A stretch of 64,000 nt of DNA from Flavobacteriales bacterium (GCA_016717305.1 JADKFY010000041.1:878-64877); one strand, 5' to 3'; positions 9,412 to 19,238 are shown, counted from the first letter of the stretch. Translations and numbers: made by a program. The notes: generated from the sequence alone by a model not told the origin.

Positions 9412-12400
9412 ATGATCCATTGGGTCCGGCTTGCCGGGTTCCTCATGATCGTCTCGTGTGCTGCCCCCAACATTTCCAACGAAGAGGGTCCGGGAACACC
9501 CGATCTTCCCTTGTTCACGCTTTTGGACAGTTCATTAACGGGAGTAGGTTTCGTGAACGTGTTGGAGGAAAGAGAGGATTGGAACATTCTGCAGTATGAA
9601 TATCTTTTCAATGGAGGCGGAGTTGCTGCCGGGGATATCAATAACGACGGGCTGGTCGACTTGTATTTTGTTTCCAACAGTGGAAGTGATCATCTCTACC
9701 TTAACAAAGGTGGATTCAAGTTCGATGATGTTTCAACGGCGGCCGGAATAGATGAAGCGCGGGGCTACAAGACCGGCGTGGCCATGGCCGATATCAATGG
9801 TGACGGACTGCTCGATATACATGTCTGTCGAGATGCATTGAGTGATCCCGAACTACGGCGGAACTTGCTGTACATCAACAATGGTGATCTCACCTTCACA
9901 GAACGTGCAGAACAGGTCGGACTGGATGACCCCAGTTATTCCACTCAAGCCCATTTCTTCGACATGGACCTGGACGGAGATCTGGACATGTACCTCATTA
10001 ACCACCCTGCGAGCATGGTGGAAGCGAACAACATAAAGGTCATGATGTCCCCTTCTGGAAAATTGGAGGTCGTCTTGCCTGCAGACCTGACCTACATCAG
10101 CGATCGTTTGTACCGCAATGATCGTGGCGCCTTCAAGGACGTGACGAAGTCCGCAGGTTTATTGAACGAGGCTTTTGGATTAAGTGCCTTGATCGATGAC
10201 TTCAATGGAGATGGGCTTCCGGATATCCATGTCTGTAACGACTATGTGAAACCGGATCAACTCCTGATCTCTCAAGGTGATGGAACATTCAAGGATGAAT
10301 ACGATGCGTACTTTCCACATGGATCCTATTCTTCCATGGGTTCGGATATGGCGGATATCAACAATGATGGCTTGCCAGATCTAATGACCTTGGACATGAC
10401 GGCACGTGACCATCATCGTTATCATACCCTTGGTATGGCAACCAATTTGGACAAGTACAACAAGATCCTTTCAGTGGGTCTGGGTGCGCAATTCCCAGCG
10501 AACACGTTGCAACTCAATAACGGGAATGGCTCCTTTAGCGACATCTGTTTTCTTTCCGGAATGGCTTTTACCGATTGGAGCTGGAGCCCGTTGCTAGCTG
10601 ATCTGGACAATGACGGATGGAAGGATGCTTGGGTCTCGAACGGATATGTGCGCGACGTGACCAACGATGATTACCAGCGCTATGAAATGAGCAAGCTGCA
10701 ACAGGAGTTGACAGCTGGCCGGTTGACCATTGTCGAATGGTTGAAGTCCATCCCCAGTGTCAAGGTCGCATCATTCTTGTTCCGCAATGAAGGTGACCTT
10801 ACTTTCAGTGATCGTTCATCCCAGTGGAACAGCGGCCCTCCGGCTTTCTCCAATGGTTCGGCAAGTGTGGACCTGGACAACGATGGATACTTGGATATCG
10901 TGACGAACAACATCAACGATGTCGCCTTTGTACTTCGGAACAATGGTGCGGAACAAGTGGGTAATAATTTCGTTGATCTACGCCTTCTTCCTGTGAAGGG
11001 ACACACCGCCATTGGAGCAAAGGTGGTCCTGCGTTTGGATGATGGGACTCAGCAATTGGAACAGGTGCGTACTGCCCGTGGCTTCCTGTCCAGCTCCGAT
11101 GCAACTGTCCATTTTGGATTGGGCACGTCAACAAAGGCTGAGCAGGTGGAGATCACATGGCCCGATGGTTCCTTCCAAGTGGAACATGGACTTGCGATCA
11201 ATACAAAGCACGATATCAAACAGCTTGTGAACCTGCCGAAAGCACCGCACGCGTCAGGATCGCAGTCCGTGTTCGTCGATAGGTCCAGTACTCTGCCCGT
11301 TGAATTAGCGCATGCCGAGAACGTCTACGATGACTTCAAACGCGAACCACTCCTCTACCATAAGCTGAGCCAAACAGGCCCTGCAGTGGCGATCGGCGAT
11401 GTGGATGGCAACGGGACCGATGACATTTATCTGGGTGGTGCAATGAATGCATCTGGTAAATTGTTTCTACAAAAGCCCCCTGGTTCGTTCATTGAGACAT
11501 CCGTGTCCGACTTTGTGAACGATCGCATCCACGAGGATGTTAGTGCGTTGTTATTGGATGTGGATCGGGATGGTGATCTAGACCTGTTCGTGGGTAGCGG
11601 TGGAAATGAACGCCCTGCTTCAGACGCGGCTTATGTGGACAGACTGTACATGAATGACGGGACTGGAAATTTCGCTCGGGCAAAGGATGCTTTGCCGGAA
11701 GCCAGGAACAGCAACTCCTGTGTTTCTGCATTCGACTTCGATGGCGATGGCGATCTGGACCTCTTCGTTGGGTCGCGTTCCGTGCCAGCCAAGTATCCCG
11801 TTAGCCCTGCCCAGCAATTGTTGCGCAATGATGGCGGACGCTTCGTTGATGCAACGGACCAATGGTCCAAGGACTTGAGATTTGTCGGAATGATCACCGA
11901 TGCAGAGTCCGCAGATCTGGATTTGGACGGTTCGCCGGAATTGGTCTTGGCCGGCGATTGGATGCCGATCACCGTGTTCAGCAAGCGTAATGGCCGTTTA
12001 GTGAATGTTACAAAAGAACTCGGACTGAACGAGCAACTCGGCTGGTGGTGTTCCGTTGCTATTGGCGATCTGGACGGCGATGGATATCCGGAGGTCATCG
12101 CTGGAAATCGAGGCCTCAATTCGGGGCTGAAGGCTTCTGTGGAGCAGCCTATTTCATTGTATTACAAGGATTTCGATGGCAATGGAAGTATGGATGCCGT
12201 GCTTTGCGAAGTGGTGAATGGAAAGGACTCCCCGGTGCAATTACGCGATCGGCTTTTGGACCAAATGGTCATGCTCAAGAAACGGTTCCTTCGCTACGCT
12301 ACCTATGCTGATGCCACCATCACCGACATGTTCACACCGGAAGAACTGCAACAGGTCGGTGTGCTGCATGCCAATACGTTTGCGCACACTCTTTTTTGGA

Positions 12401-12771
12401 ACAAGAGGAAGGAAGGTTTCGTAGCGCAGGTGCTGCCGAACGGAGCGCAGCTTTCCATGGCCCAAGCTGTCCACATCACCGATGCCGATGGTGACGGTAA
12501 CATGGATGTGATCGTAGCGGGAAACTTCTATGGCACCGATACCCAATTCGGCCGCTACGATGCCAGCATTGGTTCCTTTCAGAAAGGTGATGGACGTGGT
12601 GGTCTTATTCTGCAACCTGCCACGAAAATTGGAACGATCGCCAGTGGGAACGTCCGCCATTTGGCCCCGATCACTGTGCAAGGAAGACCTTGCCTGTTGG
12701 TGGTCCGTAACAACGATCAATGCGGGCTCACGGAACTATTGAGGCCGGAACTACAAGCCGCGAAGGAGTGA
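9412..12771 (+). CDS. CRTAC1-family protein: FG-GAP/VCBS repeats plus ASPIC/UnbV domain, probable lipoprotein
   Basis: Repeated DxNxDGxxD FG-GAP motifs (DINNDGLVDLYF, DINGDGLLDIHV, DLDNDGWKDAW, DLDNDGYLDIV ...). UnbV_ASPIC-like segment GHTAIGAKVVLRLDDGTQQLEQVRTARGFLSSSD...VEITWPDGS. N-terminal MIHWVRLAGFLMIVSCAAP. Confidence 0.75.
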   Translation: MIHWVRLAGFLMIVSCAAPNISNEEGPGTPDLPLFTLLDSSLTGVGFVNVLEEREDWNILQYEYLFNGGGVAAGDINNDGLVDLYFVSNSGSDHLYLNKGGFKFDDVSTAAGIDEARGYKTGVAMADINGDGLLDIHVCRDALSDPELRRNLLYINNGDLTFTERAEQVGLDDPSYSTQAHFFDMDLDGDLDMYLINHPASMVEANNIKVMMSPSGKLEVVLPADLTYISDRLYRNDRGAFKDVTKSAGLLNEAFGLSALIDDFNGDGLPDIHVCNDYVKPDQLLISQGDGTFKDEYDAYFPHGSYSSMGSDMADINNDGLPDLMTLDMTARDHHRYHTLGMATNLDKYNKILSVGLGAQFPANTLQLNNGNGSFSDICFLSGMAFTDWSWSPLLADLDNDGWKDAWVSNGYVRDVTNDDYQRYEMSKLQQELTAGRLTIVEWLKSIPSVKVASFLFRNEGDLTFSDRSSQWNSGPPAFSNGSASVDLDNDGYLDIVTNNINDVAFVLRNNGAEQVGNNFVDLRLLPVKGHTAIGAKVVLRLDDGTQQLEQVRTARGFLSSSDATVHFGLGTSTKAEQVEITWPDGSFQVEHGLAINTKHDIKQLVNLPKAPHASGSQSVFVDRSSTLPVELAHAENVYDDFKREPLLYHKLSQTGPAVAIGDVDGNGTDDIYLGGAMNASGKLFLQKPPGSFIETSVSDFVNDRIHEDVSALLLDVDRDGDLDLFVGSGGNERPASDAAYVDRLYMNDGTGNFARAKDALPEARNSNSCVSAFDFDGDGDLDLFVGSRSVPAKYPVSPAQQLLRNDGGRFVDATDQWSKDLRFVGMITDAESADLDLDGSPELVLAGDWMPITVFSKRNGRLVNVTKELGLNEQLGWWCSVAIGDLDGDGYPEVIAGNRGLNSGLKASVEQPISLYYKDFDGNGSMDAVLCEVVNGKDSPVQLRDRLLDQMVMLKKRFLRYATYADATITDMFTPEELQQVGVLHANTFAHTLFWNKRKEGFVAQVLPNGAQLSMAQAVHITDADGDGNMDVIVAGNFYGTDTQFGRYDASIGSFQKGDGRGGLILQPATKIGTIASGNVRHLAPITVQGRPCLLVVRNNDQCGLTELLRPELQAAKE

Positions 12772-12831
12772 CCCCGGAGCTGAACGTGCTGCTTTTTCGC
12801 CATGATCCATGTTTTCTGATGAACTTGCGCC

Positions 12832-13518
12832 ATGAAGATGCGCATCAATAAACTGTTGGACAGGGCACAGATCCCGGACAATGGTGGCGAATTATTGTTC
12901 TACCAGCGGGACAATGACTACACGATCGAAGTGGTAGGAATTATGGGAGAACTGATGACCACTGCGCATCACGGTTCCGAAGATGCTTTGGCCGAATTGG
13001 CGTTGAAGCGGATCAAGAATTCGAAGGAAGCACATGTGGTGATCGGAGGCCTTGGCATGGGTTTCACGCTGGCTACGGTATTGAAGCTGGTCGGAGACAA
13101 AGGCAAGGTGATCGTGGCGGAGTTGGTCCCGGAAGTGATCAAATGGAACCAAGGCCCTATGGGTGAACGATCCGGTAACCCGCTGAATGATCCGCGAACT
13201 ATTGTACACCAAGGCGATGTATTGGAGCTGATCCGGAGTGGAAAAGGGAAGTACGATGCGATCCTGCTCGACACCGACAACGGCCCAGAAGGGTTGACCC
13301 AAGCCCGGAACAACAGACTCTATTCACACCGAGGTCTGCGGTCCGCTTACGATGTTCTTCGCCCCAACGGCGTTCTCGCAGTCTGGTCCACGCATTCAGA
13401 TGCTCCGTTCACAAGGCGTTTGGGCATGGCCGGTTTCAAGGTGCAAGAGGAGAAGGTCTATGCACATCGCGACAAAGGAACCAAACACCATCTGTGGTTC
13501 GCCCAGCGGATCGGTTGA
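12832..13518 (+). CDS. Spermidine synthase-like / class I SAM-dependent methyltransferase-fold protein
   Basis: 228 aa with VVIGGLGMGFTLATVL (GxGxG-type) and the ILLDTDNGPEGL motif typical of the spermine/spermidine synthase family. Confidence 0.5.
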   Translation: MKMRINKLLDRAQIPDNGGELLFYQRDNDYTIEVVGIMGELMTTAHHGSEDALAELALKRIKNSKEAHVVIGGLGMGFTLATVLKLVGDKGKVIVAELVPEVIKWNQGPMGERSGNPLNDPRTIVHQGDVLELIRSGKGKYDAILLDTDNGPEGLTQARNNRLYSHRGLRSAYDVLRPNGVLAVWSTHSDAPFTRRLGMAGFKVQEEKVYAHRDKGTKHHLWFAQRIG

Positions 13519-13605
13519 AGGAAGATCAGTGCATCGGTACTCTCGCACCGCTCCAGATCTCACGCCGTGTTCAGTTGACTTCGGCAGAAAGGTCTTGGCA
13601 GAGCA

Positions 13606-14034
13606 CTACTTCGGAAGTGGACTTCCAACAGCCACGGCGCAATCGTGACCCGGCTCACCATGTGGTGGGTTCATTCCGGGCGCAGTAACAGTTCCGGCTC
13701 CCGGCGCTGTAATAGTTGGCTGTATCGGCATGGCCGAAATACTTGGGTCCGCAGTGATCATGGGCCCTCCAGCTCCTGGAGCGGGTGCTGTGGAAAGCGA
13801 AGCGCCCACAGGGATCTCACAAATATGTCCGGGTTCACCATGTGCTGGATTCGGATCAGTGACCACCCCGGAAGGTCCAGTGGCATCTGTCGGCGCAGCG
13901 GAATTGGTGAATGCAGGGACCTCCGGTCCTGGGGAGCTTTTTACATCGGCCTTTTTTTCCGGTGTGGAACAATTGGCCAGAAGCATTGATCCGCCCAAGA
14001 CGATGGAAAGAACGGAGAAGTGAGGAAATTTCAT
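13606..14034 (-). CDS. Lipoprotein with two tandem NP(A/P)HGEPGHxC motifs (putative metal-binding)
   Basis: Signal/lipobox MKFPHFSVLSIVLGGSMLLANC. Repeats NPAHGEPGHICEIPVGASL and NPPHGEPGHDCAVAVGSPL, separated by a Pro/Ala/Thr-rich linker. Confidence 0.5.
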   Translation of the reverse strand: MKFPHFSVLSIVLGGSMLLANCSTPEKKADVKSSPGPEVPAFTNSAAPTDATGPSGVVTDPNPAHGEPGHICEIPVGASLSTAPAPGAGGPMITADPSISAMPIQPTITAPGAGTVTAPGMNPPHGEPGHDCAVAVGSPLPK

Positions 14035-14127
14035 GTGTTGGGCTAGATGGGAATATCGGATGAAGGTACGGACTAGCTGATAGGCCATCCTTCATTTGGT
14101 TGCGATGGTGGTTTCGACCAAGGCCTG

Positions 14128-14382
14128 CTAATGCTTGAATCGCACGAACAACCGTCCGAAGTTGTCGCTGTCCTTGTCGATCCGGTGGTACAGCTTCTTC
14201 ACATGCGATTGCTGCAGATACCGGATCACCTTCTTCTTCAATTGCCCTGAACCTTTTCCGGGGATGATCTCCAGAATAGGGATGCGACGGTCCACACAGT
14301 GTTCCATCGCTTCGTCCAAGGCCCGGTCGATCTCTTGGCCTTTGTTGAAGATGTCATGAAGGTCTATTTTATGTTTGGACAT
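14128..14382 (-). CDS. Smr-domain protein (small MutS-related)
   Basis: 84 aa. IDLHDIFNKGQEIDRALDEA ... EIIPGKGSGQLKKKVIRYL fits the Smr consensus. Confidence 0.65.
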   Translation of the reverse strand: MSKHKIDLHDIFNKGQEIDRALDEAMEHCVDRRIPILEIIPGKGSGQLKKKVIRYLQQSHVKKLYHRIDKDSDNFGRLFVRFKH

Positions 14383-14392
14383 ATTGCAAGGT

Positions 14393-15874
14393 TCAATTAT
14401 TCACCTCGTAAACGTACCATTGGTCCGTGCGCTCCAACCAACCGTTGAAGTTGAAGTGCTTCACCCAAGCGGGTAGTGATGCGAATACAAGTTCGTGTTC
14501 TGGCCAGCGGTCCAACACGTCTGAAGGGTTCATGGTTGCGATCAAGATCGGCCGTTCGGAGGTGATCCGTGTGTTATCGGTGATCGTTCCGCCATGCTCA
14601 AGTCCCGGTCGGCTGTAGAAGTTGATCTGCTCTACGCGGTGGTATGGGTCTTCGCCGAAATTGTACATCGTGATCGGGTCAGGATAGTTGTCGTGGATCG
14701 TCTTGTACAAACCGATCTGTGCGTCCGCAGGCTTGACCATCACGACACCCAGTAGCACCAAATTCGCTACCCAGAGGAGTTTCACTGTCCCATTAAAGAT
14801 CCGCGATCCCGTTAGCCTAGGCAACCATTTGGTTCGGACAATATCGATCGCGATGATGATCATGATCGGTAACAAACCAACGATCGGGAACAGGAACCTT
14901 AATTCCTTATGGCCGATCATACAATGCACCAACAAGAATGGAGCGAATACCCAGACCAACACACTCTTCGGCTTGAAAAGGACCAAGATCAAAGGCGCCA
15001 AAACAAAGATCAAACTGAAGGGCGGAAGGGTGACCATGACGGTATCCACGAAGTACGCGTACCATGGCTGCGTTCCGAATGCTGCGGCCTTTCCTTGCAG
15101 CATGTTCGCATCGAAATAATTCAGCACCGTGAGTGTCCATTCACCGTAGAACCACCGGTCGATGCAAATGCCGAGAGCAACCGTGATCAAGGTGCCACCT
15201 GCCATCGCAACTAGTTTGCGCCATGGTTCTCGTTGGATGATCAGCAGCCAGGCGAACAACCCGCCGGTCATCAACGCGGTTTGCATTCGGAAGGTGAATG
15301 CAAGGCCAAAGAGCAAGCCAGCGGTCAAATAGGGTCCAAGGCCATTTCGTTGCTCTTTTCTGATCACCAATGCCAAGCCGATCATGAACAAACTGCCCGA
15401 CCAATTCTCCGAAGAAAAGCGGACAGCATTATAGACCGAGAACCAAAGGAAGAAGGAGAGCAAAGCGAACCACTTCCGTGATCGGGGATCATGAACTGAA
15501 GGCATAAAAGCCTGCAACATCAGTATGGTCGCCATATACCACAGTGCCGCTGAAATAGCACGCAATACGAAGGTGATCACGAACGGATCAACACTCCCGA
15601 ACAAACCCATAAAATGATGCACCTGCACCACGATGAAAGGCTGGATCGCTGGGCGTATCCGTGCAGCGAACTCCCACGGGAGATCCTGCACAGGGCTTAG
15701 GCCAAGTTTCCAACCAGCAAACTCCAGCACTTGGAAATGTTCGTCCCAGTGATGGAATCCGGTGGAGAAAATGGCGGTGATCATGAACACAAGGGCCGCG
15801 ACAAGTTGGATCCGCCCCAACCTATGAACACTTGCCCCTAATTCAGTACTACCTACTCTGATCGCCTGCCGCAT
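14393..15874 (-). CDS. Glycosyltransferase family 22 (Alg9/PIG-B-like mannosyltransferase), polytopic membrane protein
   Basis: N-terminal motif GFHHWDEHFQVLEFA (the HxDEHFQ signature of GT22) and multiple TM helices. The start is uncertain (ORF reaches 15967; M32 at 15874 chosen). Confidence 0.65.
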   Translation of the reverse strand: MRQAIRVGSTELGASVHRLGRIQLVAALVFMITAIFSTGFHHWDEHFQVLEFAGWKLGLSPVQDLPWEFAARIRPAIQPFIVVQVHHFMGLFGSVDPFVITFVLRAISAALWYMATILMLQAFMPSVHDPRSRKWFALLSFFLWFSVYNAVRFSSENWSGSLFMIGLALVIRKEQRNGLGPYLTAGLLFGLAFTFRMQTALMTGGLFAWLLIIQREPWRKLVAMAGGTLITVALGICIDRWFYGEWTLTVLNYFDANMLQGKAAAFGTQPWYAYFVDTVMVTLPPFSLIFVLAPLILVLFKPKSVLVWVFAPFLLVHCMIGHKELRFLFPIVGLLPIMIIIAIDIVRTKWLPRLTGSRIFNGTVKLLWVANLVLLGVVMVKPADAQIGLYKTIHDNYPDPITMYNFGEDPYHRVEQINFYSRPGLEHGGTITDNTRITSERPILIATMNPSDVLDRWPEHELVFASLPAWVKHFNFNGWLERTDQWYVYEVNN

Positions 15875-16197
15875 ACCGCGCGAAGGTCGGTTGTTCGCGC
15901 GGTATGCATGGCTTGTTGAACCCCCGACCTCAAGAACATATCGGATCATGATGTTGCACGTGAGCAACTCCGAGGCTCCGCCCCGACCGATCAGATCTGC
16001 TGTCGATCAATTCAGGACGATCCGTTCGGTGGTTGGGGCTCCAATACCTTCGACTTGCACCAATTTGCAGCCACGCGGACATGTACTTACATGAATTGAA
16101 ATCGGGTCCATCGAATCATCGCTTAAGCGGTTCTAAAGCACACGCGATCATATCACATCCATGGCAGGTATGTCCTCGGTCGTGGCCGTGCGAATGT

Positions 16198-17520
16198 TCA
16201 TCGAGTTCCTATCCGAGTCAAATGCAACCCAGCGATCGCCGCCACCTGCTTCGCATCCACCTCCGCCTTCTTCGCGCACTTCTTCCACGTCTTCACGCCC
16301 GCCACCACCTCGTCGATGATCGCTTCGGCCTTCTTGATGTTCATCTCCTTCGCCACCGCCAGCAGATCCGCGCGCGAGATGTCCAGCCGCTTGCCGTTGA
16401 TGCTCATCTGGTGCTGCTTCAGCCACACGTTCTTCGGATCGTACGCGAAGGTGATGTCGTAGGCCGGGCTCAGGTGCCACACACCTTGCGGATCCATCAG
16501 GAACGACGTGTTCTTCGTATGGTCGTCCAGGTTGCGGGCCACCACGTTGAAACACATGCGACGGAACATCTCCACCGCATCGGGGTAGGGTAGGCCCAGC
16601 AGGCGCATCATCGCGAAGGCATCCTCGTAGCTGTAGCGCAGCGGGTCGTTGAAATCGAGGTGACCCAACCCGCAGAGCGTGGCCATGTGCAAGCGCACCT
16701 GCTCGCCGGTCTTCGCATGTTGCACGCGATCGAAACGCTGCGTCAGGAAGTGCGCACGACCATGTTCCTCCAGCAAGGTGCTCGGCATCATGCTGATCCC
16801 GCTCGCCACCGCCATCAGGTGGTACGCGTACTCGATGCGACCATAGCCTTTCGGATCGCCCAAGGCCGTGTTCGTCACGCCATCGAACTTGATCAGGCAG
16901 TAGGTAAAACCTTCCAGCCCATCGATCTGCCCGCTGCGCACCTCGCCCGTCTTCGCGTTGAACGCCACAATGGCCTTAGCCCGCGCGCCACCGGCGCTCG
17001 TGCCCACTTGGATGATGTCCAGCAGCGCTTCCTGCTCGCCCTTCTTGCGACTCGTCTTGAACGCTTCCTTCTGCGTCATCACGTCACGTGCCACGCGCAC
17101 CAGCTCATCGATCTGCAACGCCTCGCTGCTCGCCTCCAGTTCGCCGTGACTGGGTTCGAACTCCAGCGCGCCCATGCCGCGATGCCCCAAGTAGCACAGC
17201 TTCTCCACAGGATTCGCCGACCCCGCATCGCGCTTCTGCCCGCGCAACCACGCGTTCAGCAGCGTATCGCCGAAACGGTCCGGCAGGCAATCGGCCAACA
17301 GGCCCGGCAGCCCCTTGAAGGTCTCATCGCGCAAATTGCCGAAGCTGAACACCTCCTCGCCGCCGCGCGCCTTCGCCAGCGGCATCATCACCGGCGCCAC
17401 ATCCAGCCCGCTGCGCGTGAACGAGCGGTCGAACTGGAACGTGGCCGTGTGCAGTTGGTCGTCCCACACCACCAGGCCAACCGTCTTGCCCCACAACAAC
17501 ACTTTCGCATGCGTTACCAT
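16198..17520 (-). CDS. hipA: HipA-family serine/threonine kinase toxin (type II TA)
   Basis: 440 aa with HipA N- and C-terminal domain arrangement. Overlaps the upstream HTH gene by 7 bp. Confidence 0.85.
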   Translation of the reverse strand: MVTHAKVLLWGKTVGLVVWDDQLHTATFQFDRSFTRSGLDVAPVMMPLAKARGGEEVFSFGNLRDETFKGLPGLLADCLPDRFGDTLLNAWLRGQKRDAGSANPVEKLCYLGHRGMGALEFEPSHGELEASSEALQIDELVRVARDVMTQKEAFKTSRKKGEQEALLDIIQVGTSAGGARAKAIVAFNAKTGEVRSGQIDGLEGFTYCLIKFDGVTNTALGDPKGYGRIEYAYHLMAVASGISMMPSTLLEEHGRAHFLTQRFDRVQHAKTGEQVRLHMATLCGLGHLDFNDPLRYSYEDAFAMMRLLGLPYPDAVEMFRRMCFNVVARNLDDHTKNTSFLMDPQGVWHLSPAYDITFAYDPKNVWLKQHQMSINGKRLDISRADLLAVAKEMNIKKAEAIIDEVVAGVKTWKKCAKKAEVDAKQVAAIAGLHLTRIGTR

Positions 17521-17879
17521 GTGCTTTTGGGTTTAGGCGGAGCCACATCTGGCTGCTTACGCCCCGCGCGTTTGCGTTGCTTCTTCAGGTACTTCTCCTG
17601 CGCCTCCACCAGCATGTAGGGCGTGGGCTGCGGCTCCTGGTGGAAGGCATCGAGCAGTTCCAGCCGGTCCATGGCGCGCAGCACCTGCACCACGGTTTGC
17701 AGCGTAGCGGCGCGACCGGCCTCCAGCTTCACCACCGTGGTGCGGTCCAAGCCCGCGCGCTCGGCCACCTCGGCCTGGCTCTGGTTGCGCTCCAGCCGCA
17801 TGCGCCGCAGTTCTTTTCCCAGTTGCGCCACCACAGCGGCATCGTTCATGACCTTCCAGTTGATGTTGCTTGTAGCCAT
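17514..17879 (-). CDS. hipB: HipB-like XRE-family HTH antitoxin/repressor
   Basis: 121 aa. XRE HTH segment LRRMRLERNQSQAEVAERAGLDRTTVVKLEAG. Overlaps hipA start. Confidence 0.75.
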   Translation of the reverse strand: MATSNINWKVMNDAAVVAQLGKELRRMRLERNQSQAEVAERAGLDRTTVVKLEAGRAATLQTVVQVLRAMDRLELLDAFHQEPQPTPYMLVEAQEKYLKKQRKRAGRKQPDVAPPKPKSTW

Positions 17880-17958
17880 CGTAAACGGTGTTTTAGTTCA
17901 ATAACGCGGCTTTCACCCCACAAGTATACTCATTTTCTCCGATTCTGTTCCATCCAAA

Positions 17959-17976
17959 TGATGCCCATGAGCATCA
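17959..17976. promoter_or_regulatory. Palindrome TGATGC-N6-GCATCA about 80 bp upstream of hipB; candidate HipB operator
   Basis: Perfect 6-bp inverted arms. A second imperfect IR, TTGCTAACAG-TGATGC-CTGTGAGCAA, lies at about 17990-18015 and shares the TGATGC core. Confidence 0.25.
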
Positions 17977-18206
17977 TATAGGCAAGAAGTTGCTAACAGT
18001 GATGCCTGTGAGCAACACAATGGGTGCCGCCCTGAGCTTGCCCCGAGCGGAGCCGAAGGGTCGGAGGGCGAGGTGAGAAGGAGGCGTTCCGGCTCGAAGA
18101 CTCGCCGTCGGGCCATTCGCTACAAGTCCTCGCCGAAGACGGCTCCGGGCTTTCCGCTGCTGTCCCTAACGCGAAATGCCGAGCCTGCGGTATCCAGTAT
18201 CCGGAG

Positions 18207-18677
18207 TCAGTGTTCTGCTCGCTTCAGTTCTGTCCGGATAGCTCCGCCAGCCACGATTTTCCAAGTGACAGTGTAGACACCTGCACCATCGGAGAATCCG
18301 CCGGTGAGTATGTGCCCACCTTCACAAGGTTTGATCTCGAATTGGCCATCATGGATGGACAGGTCCCAACTCACATTGAACATGCCTGTGACATCCAAAG
18401 CTGTGCGCTTCCCACTGATCTCGATCATCAACGATCTGAAGTGATTACGCGGCATGCGGTAATCGAGGTCGGACCCGAAATAGGGTTGGCCATCAATGAG
18501 ACAGATCGGGTCATCTTGCCAATCCAGCACCTTGCAGTGCGTGACCGCGTGTGCTGTGGAATCAAACGGGACAACCTCTCCAGTGAGCTTGATATCATAG
18601 CCGAGGTCAATTGTCTGCCCTGCACTGGACATGACCAGCATCAGCAGATTCATTAGGGTGACCGCACGTCGTTTCAT
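18207..18677 (-). CDS. Secreted hypothetical protein (about 156 aa) immediately downstream of rayT
   Basis: Signal peptide MKRRAVTLMNLLMLVMSSAG. Its start codon overlaps the rayT stop (ATGA). No recognisable domain. Confidence 0.45.
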   Translation of the reverse strand: MKRRAVTLMNLLMLVMSSAGQTIDLGYDIKLTGEVVPFDSTAHAVTHCKVLDWQDDPICLIDGQPYFGSDLDYRMPRNHFRSLMIEISGKRTALDVTGMFNVSWDLSIHDGQFEIKPCEGGHILTGGFSDGAGVYTVTWKIVAGGAIRTELKRAEH

Positions 18678-19234
18678 CGCCAGTTCGATGGATTCTCCGC
18701 AATGTATTGCGCGATGCGCCCATATTCGCCGCCTTGTTGGCGGATGGCACGTTCGTAATACCCCGGTTGCCACAGGCGTTGCCCGGTGATTCCGTTCAGC
18801 CGGTTGATGCGTTTGGTCGTTTCCGATTTGAACGCCGCGATGATCGCGCCCAACGAACCGGGAACAGGTCCACGCGGTCTGGCCGGAACATCGTCCATCG
18901 CACGGTCATCGTCCAATGCACCCGTAGCGTCGACCCACTGGGTCGACCCATTGCCCACCGGCGGTACCAACGCAATGATCGCATGCAGATGATCCGGCAT
19001 GACCTGCGTTTGGTCCAATCGCGCGTGCTGGAAATGACCCGGTATCGCGCGCCAGCATTCATCCACCATGCGGCCCACGTCGTTCAATTCCATCAGCGCA
19101 TCCGTTCCGTCGCCTACGATACGCCCGAACAATTCCTGCCGCTGTGCGGTGCACAACGTCACGAAATACGCACCCTGCCGGTAATCGTTTCCACGCAGGC
19201 GAATGTGTTTGTGGTATTTCGGCGGTTGGCCCAT
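18674..19234 (-). CDS. rayT: REP-associated tyrosine transposase (RayT / TnpA_REP, IS200-like HuH Y1 family)
   Basis: N-terminus HKHIRLRGNDYRQGAYFVTLCT, HuH motif PDHLHAIIAL, C-terminal catalytic-Tyr region RLWQPGYYERAIR. It also carries a 27-nt REP-like insert encoding [11 protein letters not shown]. Confidence 0.8.
   Translation of the reverse strand: MGQPPKYHKHIRLRGNDYRQGAYFVTLCTAQRQELFGRIVGDGTDALMELNDVGRMVDECWRAIPGHFQHARLDQTQVMPDHLHAIIALVPPVGNGSTQWVDATGALDDDRAMDDVPARPRGPVPGSLGAIIAAFKSETTKRINRLNGITGQRLWQPGYYERAIRQQGGEYGRIAQYIAENPSNWR
18924..18950 (+). repeat. REP-like 27-nt palindromic element, copy 1 (inside rayT coding sequence, in-frame)
   Basis: GTAGCGTCGACCCACTGGGTCGACCCA. The core GTCGACCCA-C-TGGGTCGAC is a perfect 9+1+9 palindrome. 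Confidence 0.6.
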
Positions 19235-19238
19235 CGCA

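Noticed and set aside
16660-17619. 319-aa plus-strand ORF antisense to hipA
   Set aside because: Arg/Ala/Leu-rich low-complexity translation typical of the antisense frame of a high-GC gene. It is fully contained within the well-supported hipA CDS.
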